This document shows, in pieces, positions 30,701 through 48,700 of a stretch of DNA of 64,000 bases. The stretch's first letter is position 1. Each line of letters opens with the position of its first letter. The stretch is from the human T2T-CHM13v2.0 reference genome, Homo sapiens. Made by a program: the position numbers and the translations under genes. Location: NCBI RefSeq assembly GCF_009914755.1, contig NC_060927.1; one strand, written 5' to 3'. The notes under the pieces were generated by a model. The model saw only the letters and a program-made list of their open reading frames with translations. It made no database searches and was not told the DNA's origin.

Positions 30701-33700
30701 TATATTCTATACTGTACAAAAAATATCAAAGTACCCAAAGCATGTATTATATACTGTACATAAAATATGAAAGTACATCAAATATATATTTTATTCTGTA
30801 CATAAAATATCAAAGTACACCAGATATATATTCTATAGTGTACATAAAATATCAAAGTACCCAAACTATATATTATATACTATACATAAAATATGAAATT
30901 ACATCAAATATATATTATATTAGGTACATAAAATATGAAAGTACATCAAATATAGATTATATACTGTACATAAAATATCAAAGTACCCGAAATATATGTT
31001 ATATACTCTACATGAAATATCAAAGTTCACAAACTCTATATTATATACTGTACATATAATATCAAAGTACCCAAGTATATATTCTATACTGTACAAAAAA
31101 TAACAAAGTACCAAAAGCATGTATTATATACTGTACCTAAAATATGAAAGTACATCAAATATATATTTTATTCTGTACACAAAATATCAAAGTACACCAG
31201 ATATATATTCTATAGTGCACATAAAATATCAAAGTACCCAAACTATACATTATATACTGTACATAAAATATGAAATTACATCAAATATATATTATATTAG
31301 GTACATAAAATATGAAAGTACATCAAATATAGATTATATACTGTACATAAAATATCAAAGTACCCCAAATATATATTATATACTCTACATGAAATATCAA
31401 AGTTCACAAACTATATATTATATACTGTACATAAAATATCAAAGTACCCAAGGTATATATTCTATACTGTACAAAAAATATCAAAGTACCCAAGGAATGT
31501 ATTATATACTGTACATAAAATATGAAAGTACATCAAATATATAATTTATTCTGTACATAAAATATCAAAGTACACCAGATGTATATTCTATAGTGTACAT
31601 AAAATATCAAAGTACCCAAACTATACATTATATACTGTACATAAAATATGAATTTACATCAAATATATATTAGGTACATAAAATATGAAAGTACATCAAA
31701 TATAGATTATATACTGTACATAAAATATCAAGGTACCCCAAATATATATTATATACTCTACATGAAATATCAAAGTTCACAAACTATATATTATATACTG
31801 TACATAAAATATCAAAGTACCCAAGGTATATATTCTATACTGTACAAAAAATATCAAAGTACCCAAAGCATGTATTATATACTGTACATAAAATATGAAA
31901 GTACATCAAATATATAATTTATTCTGTACATAAAATATCAAAGTACACCAGATATATATTCTATAGTGTACATAAAATATCAAAGTACCCAAACTATACA
32001 TTATATACTGTACATAAAATATGAAATTACATCAAATATATATTAGGTACATAAAATATGAAAGTACATCAAATATAGATTATATACTGTACATTAAATA
32101 TCAAAGTACCCCAAATATATATTTTATACTGTACATGAAATATAAAAGTTCACACACTATATATTATATACTGTACATAAAATATCAAAGTACAAAAGGT
32201 ATATATTCTATACTGTACAAAAAATATCAAAGTACCCAAAGCATGTATTATAAAATGTACCTAAAATATGAAAGTACATCAAATATATATTTTATTCTGT
32301 ACATAAAATATCAAAGTACACCAGATATATATTCTATAGTGTACATAAAATACCAAAGTACCCAAACTATACATTATATACTGTACATAAAATATGAAAT
32401 TACATCAAATGTATATTATATTAGGTACATAAAATATGAAAGTACATCAAATATAGATTATATACTGTACATAAAATATCAAAGTACCCCAAATATATAT
32501 AATATACTCTACATGAAACATCAAAGTTCACAAACTATGTATTATATACTGTACATAAAATATCAAAGTACCCAAGGTATATATTCTATACTGTACAAAA
32601 AATATCAAAGTACCCAAAGCATGTATTATATACTGTACATAAAATATGAAAGTACATCAAATATATATTTTATTCTGTACATAAAATATCAAAGTACACC
32701 AGATATATATTCTATAGTGTACATAAAATATCAAAGTACCCAAACTATATATTATATACTGTACATAAAATATGAAATTACATCAAATATATATTATATT
32801 AGGTACATAAAATATGAAAGTACATCAAATATAGATTATATACTGTACATAAAATATCAAAGTACCCGAAATATATGTTATATACTCTACATGAAATATC
32901 AAAGTTCACAAACTATATATTATATACTGTACATAAAATATCAAAGTACCCAAGGTATATATTCTATACTGTACAAAAAATATCAAAGTACCCAAAGCAT
33001 GTATTATATACTGTATATAAAATATGAAAGTACATCAAATATATATTTTATTCTGTACATAAAATATCAAAGTACACCAGATATATATTATATAGTGTAC
33101 ATAAAATAACAAAGTACAAAAACTATAAATTATATACTGTACATAAAATATGAAATAACGTCAAATATATATTAGCTACATAAAATATGAAAGTACATCA
33201 AATATAGATTATATACTGTACATAAAATATCAATGTACCCCAAATATATATTTTATACTCTACATGAAATGTCAAAGTTCACAAACCATATATTATATAA
33301 TTTACATAAAATATCAAAGTACTCAAGGTATATATTCTATACTGTACAAAAAATATCAAAGTACCCAAAGCATGTATTATATACTGTACATAAAATATGA
33401 AAGTACATCAAATATATATTTTATTCTGTACATAAAATATCAAAGTACACCAGATATATATTCTATAGTGTACATAAAATATCAAAGTACCCAAACTATA
33501 CATTATATACTGTACATAAAATATGAAATTACATCAAATATATTTTATATTAGGTACATAAAATATGAAAGTACATCAAATATAGATTATACACTGTACA
33601 TTAAATACCAAAGTACCCCAAATATATATTTTATACTGTACATGAAATATCAAAGTTCACAAACTCTATATTATATACTGTACATATAATATCAAAGTAC

Positions 33701-36700
33701 CAAAGTATATATTCTATACTGTACAAAAAATAACAAAGTACCAAAAGCATGTATTATATACTGTACCTAAAATATGAAAGTACATCAAATATATATTTTA
33801 TTCTGTACACAAAATATCAAAGTACACCAGATATATATTCTATAGTGCACATAAAATATCAAAGTACCCAAACTATACATTATATACTGTACATAAAATA
33901 TGAAATTACATCAAATATATATTATATTAGGTACATAAAATATGAAAGTACATCAAATATAGATTATATACTGTACATAAAATATCAAAGTACCCCAAAT
34001 ATATATTATATACTCTACATGAAATATCAAAGTTCACAAACTATATATTATATACTGTACATATAATATCAAAGTACCCAAGTATATATTCTATACTGTA
34101 CAAAAAATAACAAAGTACCAAAAGCATGTATTATATACTGTACCTAAAATATGAAAGTACATCAAATATATATTTTATTCTGTACACAAAATATCAAAGT
34201 ACACCAGATATATATTCTATAGTGCACATAAAATATCAAAGTACCCAAACTATACATTATATACTTTACATAAAATATGAAATTACATCAAATATATATT
34301 ATATTAGGTACATAAAATATGAAAGTACATCAAATATAGATTATATACTGTACATAAAATATCAAAGTACCCCAAATATATATTATATACTCTACATGAA
34401 ATATCAAAGTTCACAAACTATATATTATATACTGTACATAAAATATCAAAGTACCCAAGGTATATATTCTATACTGTACAAAAAATATCAAAGTACCCAA
34501 AGCATGTATTATATACTGTACATAAAATATGAAAGTACATCAAATATATAATTTATTCTGTACATAAAATATCAAAGTACACCAGATATATATTCTATAG
34601 TGTACATAAAATATCAAAGTACCCAAACTATACATTATATACTGTACATAAAATATGAATTTACATCAAATATATATTAGGTACATAAAATATGAAAGTA
34701 CATCAAATATAGATTATATACTGTACATAAAATATCAAGGTACCCCAAATATATATTATATACTCTACATGAAATATCAAAGTTCACAAACTATATATTA
34801 TATACTGTACATAAAATATCAAAGTACCCAAGGTATATATTCTATACTGTACAAAAAATATCAAAGTACCCAAAGCATGTATTATATACTGTACATAAAA
34901 TATGAAAGTACATCAAATATATAATTTATTCTGTACATAAAATATCAAAGTACACCAGATATATATTCTATAGTGTACATAAAATATCAAAGTACCCAAA
35001 CTATACATTATATACTGTACATAAAATATGAAATTACATCAAATATATATTAGGTACATAAAATATGAAAGTACATCAAATATAGATTATATACTGTACA
35101 TTAAATATCAAAGTACCCCAAATATATATTTTATACTGTACATGAAATATAAAAGTTCACACACTATATATTATATACTGTACATAAAATATCAAAGTAC
35201 AAAATGTATATATTCTATACTGTACAAAAAATATCAAAGTACCCAAAGCATGTATTATAAAATGTACCTAAAATATGAAAGTACATCAAATATATATTTT
35301 ATTCTGTACATAAAATATCAAAGTACACCAGATATATATTCTATAGTGTACATAAAATATCAAAGTACCCAAACTATACATTATATACTGTACATAAAAT
35401 ATGAAATTACATCAAATGTATATTATATTAGGTACATAAAATATGAAAGTACATCAAATATAGATTATACACTGTACATAAAATATCAAATTACCCCAAA
35501 TATATATTATATACTCTACATGAAACATCAAAGTTCACAAACTATATATTATATACTGTACATAAAATATCAAAGTACCCAAGGTATATATTCTATACTG
35601 TACAAAAAATATCAAAGAACCCAAACCATGTATTATGTACTGTTCATAAAATATGAAAGTACATCAAATATATATTTTAATCTGTACATAAAATATCAAA
35701 GTACACCAGATATATATTCTATAGTGTGCATAAAATAACAAAGTACACACACTATAAATTATATACTGTACATAAAATATGAAATTACATCAAATATATA
35801 TTAGGTACATAAAATATGAAAGTACATCAAATATAGATTATATACTCTACATAAAATATCAATGTACCCCAAATATATATTTTATACCGTACATGAAATA
35901 TCAAAGTTCACAAACTATATATTATATACTGTACATAAATTATCAAAGTGCCCAAGGTATATATTCTATACTGTACAAAAAATATCAAAGTACCCAAAGC
36001 ATGTATTATATACTGTACATAAAATATGAAAGTACATCAAATGTATATTTTATTCTGTACATAAAATATCAAAGTACACCATATATATATTCCATCGTGT
36101 ACATAAAATATCAAAGTACCCAAACTATACATTATATACTGTACATAAAATATGAAATTAGGTCAAATATATATTATATTAGGTACATAAAATTTGAAAG
36201 AACATCAAATATAGATTATCTATTGTACATAAAATATCAAAGTACCCCAAATATACATTATATACTCTACATGAAATATCAAAATACACAAACTATTTAT
36301 TATACACTGTACATAAAATATCAAAGTACCCAAGGTATGTATTCTATACTGTACAAAAAATATCAAAGTTCCCAAAGCAAGTATTATATACCGTACATAA
36401 AATATGAAAGTACATCAAATATATATTTTATTCTGTACATAAAATATGAAAGTACACAAGATATATAATTTATAGTGTACATAAAATATCAAAGTACACA
36501 AAGTATACATTATGTACTGTATATAAAATATGAAATTTCATCAAGTATATATTAGGTACATAAAATATGAAAGTACATCAAATATAGATTATATACTATA
36601 CATAAAATATCAAAGTACACCAAATATATATTATATACTGTATATGAAATATAAAAGTTCACAAACTATATATTATATACTATACATAAAATATGAAAGT

Positions 36701-39700
36701 ACCCAAGGTATATATTCTATACTGTACAAAAAATATCAAAGTACCCAAAGCATGTATTATATAGTGTACATAAAATATGAAATTACATCAAATATATATT
36801 ATATTAGGTACATAAAATATGAAAGTACATCAAATATAGATTATATACTGTACATAAAATATCAAAGTCCCCCAAATATATATTTTATACCGTACATGAA
36901 ATATCAAAGTTCACAAACTATATATTATATACTGTACATAAAATATCAAAGTACCCAAGGTATATATTCTATACTGTACAAAAAATATCAAAGTACAAAA
37001 AGCATGTATTATATACTGTACATAAAATATGAAAGTACATCAAATATATATTTATTCTGTACATAAAATATCAAAGTACACCAGATATATATTCTATAGT
37101 GTACATAAAATTACAAAGTACACAAACTATAAATTATATACTGTACATAAAATATGAAATTACATCAAATATATATTAGGTACATAAAATATGAAAGTAC
37201 ATCAAATATAGATTATATACTGTACATATAATATCAATGTACCCCAAATATATATTTTATACTCTACATGAAATATCAAAGTTCACAAACCATATATTAT
37301 ATACTGTACGTAAAATATCAAAGTACCCAAGATATGTATTCTACACTGTACAAAAAATATCAAAGTACCCAAAACATGTATTATATACTGTACATAAAAT
37401 ATGAAAGTACATCAAATATATATTTTATTCTGTACATAAAATATCAAAGTACACCAGATATATATTCTATAGTGTACATAAAATATCAAAGTACCCAAAC
37501 TGTACATTATATACTGTACATAAAATATGAAATTACATCAAATATATATTATATTAGGTACATAAAATATGAAAGTACATCAAATATAGATTATATACTG
37601 TACATTAAATACCAAAGTACCCCAAATATATATTTTATACTGTACATGAAATATCAAAGTTCACAAACTATGTATTATATACTGTACATAAAATATCAAA
37701 GTACCCAAGGTATATATTCTATACTGTACAAAAAATATCAAAGTACCCAAAGCATGTATTATATACTGTACATAAAATATGAAAGTACATCAAATATATA
37801 TTTTATTCTGTACATAAAATATCAAAGTACACCAGATATATATTCTATAGTGTACATAAAATATCAAAGTACCCAAACTATACATTATATACTGTACATA
37901 AAATATGAAATTACATCAAATATATATTATATTAGGTACATAAAATATGAAAGTACATCAAATATAGATTATATACTGTACATAAAATATCAAAGTACCC
38001 GAAATATATGTTATATACTCTACATGAAATATCAAAGTTCACAAACTATATATTATATACTGTACATAAAATATCAAAGTACCCAAGGTATATATTCTAT
38101 ACTGTACAAAAAATATCAAAGTACCCAAAGCATGTATTATATACTGTATATAAAATATGAAAGTACATCAAATATATATTTTATTCTGTACATAAAATAT
38201 CAAAGTACACCAGATATATATTCTATAGTGTACATAAAATAACAAAGTACAAAAACTATAAATTATATACTGTATATAAAATATGAAATAACATCAAATA
38301 TATATTAGCTACATAAAATATGAAAGTACATCAAATATAGATTATATACTGTACATAAAATATCAATGTACCCCAAATATATATTTTATACTCTACATGA
38401 AATATCAAAGTTCACAAACCATATATTATATACTTTACATAAAATATCAAAGTACTCAAGGTATATATTCTATACTGTACAAAAAATATCAAAGTACCCA
38501 AAGCATGTATTATATACTGTACATAAAATATGAGAGTACATCAAATATATATTTTATTCTGTACATAAAATATCAAAGTACACCAGACATATATTCTATA
38601 GTGTACATAAAATATCAAAGTACCCAAACTATACATTATATACTGTACATAAAATATGAAATTACATCAAATATATTTTATATTAGGTACATAAAATATG
38701 AAAGTACATCAAATATAGATTATACACTGTACATTAAATACCAAAGTACCCCAAATATATATTTTATACTGTACATGAAATATCAAAGTTCATAAACTAT
38801 ATATTATATACTGTACATATAATATCAAAGTACCCAAGTATATATTCTATACTGTACAAAAAATAACAAAGTACCAAAAGCATGTATTATATACTGTACC
38901 TAAAATATGAAAGTACATCAAATATATATTTTATTCTGTACATAAAATATCAAAGTACACCAGATATATATTCTATAGTGTACATAAAGTAACAAAGTAC
39001 ACAAACTATACATTATATACTGTACATAAAATATGAAATTACATCAAATATATATTAGGTACATAAAATATGAAAGTACATCACATATAGATTATATACT
39101 GTACATAAAATATCAATGTACCCCAAATATATATTTTATACTCTACATGAAATATCAAAGTTCACAAACTATATATTATATACTGTACATAAAATATCAA
39201 AGTACCCAAGGTATATATTCTACACTGTACAAAAAATATCAAAGTACTCAAAGCATTTATTATATACTGTACATAAAATATGAAACTACATCAAATATAT
39301 ATTTTATTCTGTACATAAAATATCAAAGTACACCAGATATATATTCTATATTCTACATAAAATATCAAAGTACCCAAACAATACATTATATATTGTACAT
39401 AAAATATGAAATTACATCAAATATATTTTATATTAGGTACATAAAATATGAAAGTACATCAAATATAGATTATATACTGTACATTAAATACCAAAGTACC
39501 CCAAATATATATTTTATACTGTACATGACATATCAAAGTTCACACACTATATATTATATACTGTACATAAAATATCAAAGTACCCAAGGTATATATTCTA
39601 TACTGTACAAAAAATATCAAGGTACCCAAAGCACGTATTATATAGTGTACATAAAATATGAAAGTACATCAAATATAGATTATATACTGTCCATAAAATA

Positions 39701-42700
39701 TCAAAGTACCCAAGGTATATATTCTATACTGTACAAAAAATATCAAAGTACCCACAGCATGTATTATATACTGTACATAATATATGAAAGTACATCAATT
39801 ATATATTTTATTCTGTACATAAAATATCAAAGTACACCAGATATATATTCTATAGTGTACATAAAATATCAAAGTACCCAAACTATGCATTATATACTGT
39901 ACATAAAATATGAAATTACATCAAATATATATTAGGTACATAAAATATGAAAGTACATCAAATATAGATTATATACTGTACATAAAATATCAAAGTACCC
40001 CAAATATATATTATATACTCTACATGAAACATCAAAGTTCACAAACTATATATTATATACTGTACATAAAATATCAAAGTACCCAAGGTATATATTCTAT
40101 ACTGTACAAAAAATATCAAAGAACCCAAACCATGTATTATGTACTGTTCATAAAATATGAAAGTACATCAAATATATATTTTAATCTGTACATAAAATAT
40201 CAAAGTACACCAGATATATATTCTATAGTGTGCATAAAATAACAAAGTACACACACTATAAATTATATACTGTACATAAAATATGAAATTACATCAAATA
40301 TATATTAGGTACATAAAATATGAAAGTACATCAAATATAGATTATATACTCTACATAAAATATCAATGTACCCCAAATATATATTTTATACCGTACATGA
40401 AATATCAAAGTTCACAAACTATATATTATATACTGTACATAAATTATCAAAGTGCCCAAGGTATATATTCTATACTGTACAAAAAATATCAAAGTACCCA
40501 AAGCATGTATTATATACTGTACATAAAATATGAAAGTACATAAAATGTATATTTTATTCTGTACATAAAATATCAAAGTACACCAAATATATATTCCATC
40601 GTGTACATAAAATATCAAAGTACCCAAACTATACATTATATACTGTACATAAAATATGAAATTAGGTCAAATATATATTATATTAGGTACATAAAATTTG
40701 AAAGAACATCAAATATAGATTATCTATTGTACATAAAATATCAAAGTACCCCAAATATACATTATATACTCTACATGAAATATCAAAATACACAAACTAT
40801 TTATTATACACTGTACATAAAATATCAAAGTACCCAAGGTATGTATTCTATACTGTACAAAAAATATCAAAGTTCCCAAAGCAAGTATTATATACCGTAC
40901 ATAAAATATGAAAGTACATCAAATATATATTTTATTCTGTACATAAAATATGAAAGTACACAATATATATAATTTATAGTGTACATAAAATATCAAAGTA
41001 CACAAACTATACATTATGTAATGTACATAAAATATGAAATTTCATCAAGTATATATTAGGTACATAAAATATGAAAGTACATCAAATATAGATTATATAC
41101 TATACATAAAATATCAAAGTACACCAAATATATATTATATACTGTATATGAAACATAAAAGTTCACAAACTATATATTATATACTATACATAAAATATGA
41201 AAGTACCCAAGGTATATATTCTATACTCTACAAAAAATATCAAAGTACCCAAAGCATGTATTATATAGTGTACATAAAATATGAAATTACATCAAATATA
41301 TATTATATTAGGTACATAAAATATGAAAGTACATCAAATATAGATTATATACTGTACATAAAATATCAAAGTCCCCCAAATATATATTTTATACCGTACA
41401 TGAAATATCAAAGTTCACAAACTATATATTATATACTGTACATAAAATATCAAAGTACCCAAGGTATATATTCTACACTGTACAAAAAATATCAAAGTAC
41501 CCAAAACATGTATTATATACTGTACATAAAATATGAAAGTACATCAAATATATATTTTATTCTGTACATAAAATATCAAAGTACACCAGATATATATTCT
41601 ATAGTGTACATAAAATATCAAAGTACCCAAACTGTACATTATATACTGTACATAAAATATGAAATTACATCAAATATATATTATATTAGGTACATAAAAT
41701 ATGAAAGTACATCAAATATAGATTATATACTGTACATTAAATACCAAAGTACCCCAAATATATATTTTATACTGTACATGAAATATCAAAGTTCACAAAC
41801 TATGTATTATATACTGTACATAAAATATCAAAGTACCCAAGGTATATATTCTATACTGTACAAAAAATATCAAAGTACCCAAAGCATGTATTATATACTG
41901 TACATAAAATATGAAAGTACATCAAATATATATTTTATTCTGTACATAAAATATCAAAGTACACCAGATATATATTCTATAGTGTACATAAAATATCAAA
42001 GTACCCAAACTATATATTATATACTATACATAAAATATGAAATTACATCAAATATATATTATATTAGGTACATAAAATATGAAAGTACATCAAATATAGA
42101 TTATATACTGTACATAAAATATCAAAGTACCCGAAATATATGTTATATACTCTACATGAAATATCAAAGTTCACAAACTCTATATTATATACTGTACATA
42201 TAATATCAAAGTACCCAAGTATATATTCTATACTGTACAAAAAATAACAAAGTACCAAAAGCATGTATTATATACTGTACCTAAAATATGAAAGTACATC
42301 AAATATATATTTTATTCTGTACACAAAATATCAAAGTACACCAGATATATATTCTATAGTGCACATAAAATATCAAAGTACCCAAACTATACATTATATA
42401 CTGTACATAAAATATGAAATTACATCAAATATATATTATATTAGGTACATAAAATATGAAAGTACATCAAATATAGATTATATACTGTACATAAAATATC
42501 AAAGTACCCCAAATATATATTATATACTCTACATGAAATATCAAAGTTCACAAACTATATATTATATACTGTACATAAAATATCAAAGTACCCAAGGTAT
42601 ATATTCTATACTGTACAAAAAATATCAAAGTACCCAAGGAATGTATTATATACTGTACATAAAATATGAAAGTACATCAAATATATAATTTATTCTGTAC

Positions 42701-45700
42701 ATAAAATATCAAAGTACACCAGATATATATTCTATAGTGTACATAAAATATCAAAGTACCCAAACTATACATTATATACTGTACATAAAATATGAATTTA
42801 CATCAAATATATATTAGGTACATAAAATATGAAAGTACATCAAATATAGATTATATACTGTACATAAAATATCAAGGTACCCCAAATATATATTATATAC
42901 TCTACATGAAATATCAAAGTTCACAAACTATATATTATATACTGTACATAAAATATCAAAGTACCCAAGGTATATATTCTATACTGTACAAAAAATATCA
43001 AAGTACCCAAAGCATGTATTATATACTGTACATAAAATATGAAAGTACATCAAATATATAATTTATTCTGTACATAAAATATCAAAGTACACCAGATATA
43101 TATTCTATAGTGTACATAAAATATCAAAGTACCCAAACTATACATTATATACTGTACATAAAATATGAAATTACATCAAATATATATTAGGTACATAAAA
43201 TATGAAAGTACATCAAATATAGATTATATACTGTACATTAAATATCAAAGTACCCCAAATATATATTTTATACTGTACATGAAATATAAAAGTTCACACA
43301 CTATATATTATATACTGTACATAAAATATCAAAGTACAAAAGGTATATATTCTATACTGTACAAAAAATATCAAAGTACCCAAAGCATGTATTATAAAAT
43401 GTACCTAAAATATGAAAGTACATCAAATATATATTTTATTCTGTACATAAAATATCAAAGTACACCAGATATATATTCTATAGTGTACATAAAATACCAA
43501 AGTACCCAAACTATACATTATATACTGTACATAAAATATGAAATTACATCAAATGTATATTATATTAGGTACATAAAATATGAAAGTACATCAAATATAG
43601 ATTATATACTGTACATAAAATATCAAAGTACCCCAAATATATATTATATACTCTACATGAAACATCAAAGTTCACAAACTATGTATTATATACTGTACAT
43701 AAAATATCAAAGTACCCAAGGTATATATTCTATACTGTACAAAAAATATCAAAGTACCCAAAGCATGTATTATATACTGTACATAAAATATGAAAGTACA
43801 TCAAATATATATTTTATTCTGTACATAAAATATCAAAGTACACCAGATATATATTCTATAGTGTACATAAAATATCAAAGTACCCAAACTATATATTATA
43901 TACTGTACATAAAATATGAAATTACATCAAATATATATTATATTAGGTACATAAAATATGAAAGTACATCAAATATAGATTATATACTGTACATAAAATA
44001 TCAAAGTACCCGAAATATATGTTATATACTCTACATGAAATATCAAAGTTCACAAACTATATATTATATACTGTACATAAAATATCAAAGTACCCAAGGT
44101 ATATATTCTATACTGTACAAAAAATATCAAAGTACCCAAAGCATGTATTATATACTGTATATAAAATATGAAAGTACATCAAATATATATTTTATTCTGT
44201 ACATAAAATATCAAAGTACACCAGATATATATTATATAGTGTACATAAAATAACAAAGTACAAAAACTATAAATTATATACTGTACATAAAATATGAAAT
44301 AACGTCAAATATATATTAGCTACATAAAATATGAAAGTACATCAAATATAGATTATATACTGTACATAAAATATCAATGTACCCCAAATATATATTTTAT
44401 ACTCTACATGAAATGTCAAAGTTCACAAACCATATATTATATAATTTACATAAAATATCAAAGTACTCAAGGTATATATTCTATACTGTACAAAAAATAT
44501 CAAAGTACCCAAAGCATGTATTATATACTGTACATAAAATATGAAAGTACATCAAATATATATTTTATTCTGTACATAAAATATCAAAGTACACCAGATA
44601 TATATTCTATAGTGTACATAAAATATCAAAGTACCCAAACTATACATTATATACTGTACATAAAATATGAAATTACATCAAATATATTTTATATTAGGTA
44701 CATAAAATATGAAAGTACATCAAATATAGATTATACACTGTACATTAAATACCAAAGTACCCCAAATATATATTTTATACTGTACATGAAATATCAAAGT
44801 TCACAAACTCTATATTATATACTGTACATATAATATCAAAGTACCAAAGTATATATTCTATACTGTACAAAAAATAACAAAGTACCAAAAGCATGTATTA
44901 TATACTGTACCTAAAATATGAAAGTACATCAAATATATATTTTATTCTGTACACAAAATATCAAAGTACACCAGATATATATTCTATAGTGCACATAAAA
45001 TATCAAAGTACCCAAACTATACATTATATACTGTACATAAAATATGAAATTACATCAAATATATATTATATTAGGTACATAAAATATGAAAGTACATCAA
45101 ATATAGATTATATACTGTACATAAAATATCAAAGTACCCCAAATATATATTATATACTCTACATGAAATATCAAAGTTCACAAACTATATATTATATACT
45201 GTACATATAATATCAAAGTACCCAAGTATATATTCTATACTGTACAAAAAATAACAAAGTACCAAAAGCATGTATTATATACTGTACCTAAAATATGAAA
45301 GTACATCAAATATATATTTTATTCTGTACACAAAATATCAAAGTACACCAGATATATATTCTATAGTGCACATAAAATATCAAAGTACCCAAACTATACA
45401 TTATATACTGTACATAAAATATGAAATTACATCAAATATATATTATATTAGGTACATAAAATATGAAAGTACATCAAATATAGATTATATACTGTACATA
45501 AAATATCAAAGTACCCCAAATATATATTATATACTCTACATGAAATATCAAAGTTCACAAACTATATATTATATACTGTACATAAAATATCAAAGTACCC
45601 AAGGTATATATTCTATACTGTACAAAAAATATCAAAGTACCCAAAGCATGTATTATATACTGTACATAAAATATGAAAGTACATCAAATATATAATTTAT

Positions 45701-48700
45701 TCTGTACATAAAATATCAAAGTACACCAGATATATATTCTATAGTGTACATAAAATATCAAAGTACCCAAACTATACATTATATACTGTACATAAAATAT
45801 GAAATTACATCAAATATATATTAGGTACATAAAATATGAAAGTACATCAAATATAGATTATATACTGTACATTAAATATCAAAGTACCCCAAATATATAT
45901 TTTATACTGTACATGAAATATAAAAGTTCACACACTATATATTATATACTGTACATAAAATATCAAAGTACAAAAGGTATATATTCTATACTGTACAAAA
46001 AATATCAAAGTACCCAAAGCATGTATTATAAAATGGACCTAAAATATGAAAGTACATCAAATATATATTTTATTCTGTACATAAAATATCAAAGTACACC
46101 AGATATATATTCTATAGTGTACATAAAATATCAAAGTACCCAAACTATACATTATATACTGTACATAAAATATGAAATTACATCAAATGTATATTATATT
46201 AGGTACATAAAATATGAAAGTACATCAAATATAGATTATACACTGTACATAAAATATCAAAGTACCCCAAATATATATTATATACTCTACATGAAACATC
46301 AAAGTTCACAAACTATATATTATATACTGTACATAAAATATCAAAGTACCCAAGGTATATATTCTATACTGTACAAAAAATATCAAAGAACCCAAACCAT
46401 GTATTATGTACTGTTCATAAAATATGAAAGTACATCAAATATATATTTTAATCTGTACATAAAATATCAAAGTACACCAGATATATATTCTATAGTGTGC
46501 ATAAAATAACAAAGTACACACACTATAAATTATATACTGTACATAAAATATGAAATTACATCAAATATATATTAGGTACATAAAATATGAAAGTACATCA
46601 AATATAGATTATATACTCTACATAAAATATCAATGTACCCCAAATATATATTTTATACCGTACATGAAATATCAAAGTTCACAAACTATATATTATATAC
46701 TGTACATAAATTATCAAAGTGCCCAAGGTATATATTCTATACTGTACAAAAAATATCAAAGTACCCAAAGCATGTATTATATACTGTACATAAAATATGA
46801 AAGTACATCAAATGTATATTTTATTCTGTACATAAAATATCAAAGTACACCATATATATATTCCATCGTGTACATAAAATATCAAAGTACCCAAACTATA
46901 CATTATATACTGTACATAAAATATGAAATTAGGTCAAATATATATTATATTAGGTACATAAAATTTGAAAGAACATCAAATATAGATTATCTATTGTACA
47001 TAAAATATCAAAGTACCCCAAATATACATTATATACTCTACATGAAATATCAAAATACACAAACTATTTATTATACACTGTACATAAAATATCAAAGTAC
47101 CCAAGGTATGTATTCTATACTGTACAAAAAATATCAAAGTTCCCAAAGCAAGTATTATATACCGTACATAAAATATGAAAGTACATCAAATATATATTTT
47201 ATTCTGTACATAAAATATGAAAGTACACAAGATATATAATTTATAGTGTACATAAAATATCAAAGTACACAAAGTATACATTATGTACTGTATATAAAAT
47301 ATGAAATTTCATCAAGTATATATTAGGTACATAAAATATGAAAGTACATCAAATATAGATTATATACTATACATAAAATATCAAAGTACACCAAATATAT
47401 ATTATATACTGTATATGAAATATAAAAGTTCACAAACTATATATTATATACTATACATAAAATATGAAAGTACCCAAGGTATATATTCTATACTGTACAA
47501 AAAATATCAAAGTACCCAAAGCATGTATTATATAGTGTACATAAAATATGAAATTACATCAAATATATATTATATTAGGTACATAAAATATGAAAGTACA
47601 TCAAATATAGATTATATACTGTACATAAAATATCAAAGTCCCCCAAATATATATTTTATACCGTACATGAAATATCAAAGTTCACAAACTATATATTATA
47701 TACTGTACATAAAATATCAAAGTACCCAAGGTATATATTCTATACTGTACAAAAAATATCAAAGTACAAAAAGCATGTATTATATACTGTACATAAAATA
47801 TGAAAGTATATCAAATATATATTTATTCTGTACATAAAATATCAAAGTACACCAGATATATATTCTATAGTGTACATAAAATTACAAAGTACACAAACTA
47901 TAAATTATATACTGTACATAAAATATGAAATTACATCAAATATATATTAGGTACATAAAATATGAAAGTACATCAAATATAGATTATATACTGTACATAT
48001 AATATCAATGTACCCCAAATATATATTTTATGCTCTACATGAAATATCAAAGTTCACAAACCATATATTATATACTGTACGTAAAATATCAAAGTACCCA
48101 AGATATGTATTCTACACTGTACAAAAAATATCAAAGTACCCAAAACATGTATTATATACTGTACATAAAATATGAAAGTACATCAAATATATATTTTATT
48201 CTGTACATAAAATATCAAAGTACACCAGATATATATTCTATAGTGTCCATAAAATATCAAAGTACCCAAACTGTACATTATATACTGTACATAAAATATG
48301 AAATTACATCAAATATATATTATATTAGGTACATAAAATATGAAAGTACATCAAATATAGATTATATACTGTACATTAAATACCAAAGTACCCCAAATAT
48401 ATATTTTATACTGTACATGAAATATCAAAGTTCACAAACTATGTATTATATACTGTACATAAAATATCAAAGTACCCAAGGTATATATTCTATACTGTAC
48501 AAAAAATATCAAAGTACCCAAAGCATGTATTATATACTGTACATAAAATATGAAAGTACATCAAATATATATTTTATTCTGTAAATAAAATATCAAAGTA
48601 CACCAGATATATATTCTATAGTGTACATAAAATATCAAAGTACCCAAACTATACATTATATACTGTACATAAAATATGAAATTACATCAAATATATATTA

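Larger units (their letters stand above)
23131..31035 (+). repeat. Tandem duplication with offset 4137, changing to 4510 after one extra 373-bp HOR (~28757-29129) in the second copy
   Basis: Offset 23752/27889 is 4137; offsets 24629/29139 and 25380/29890 are 4510. Shared markers: cacaactatatattacata, cccgaagc, atcctatactgcac, taaagtaac, catcacat. Confidence 0.85.
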
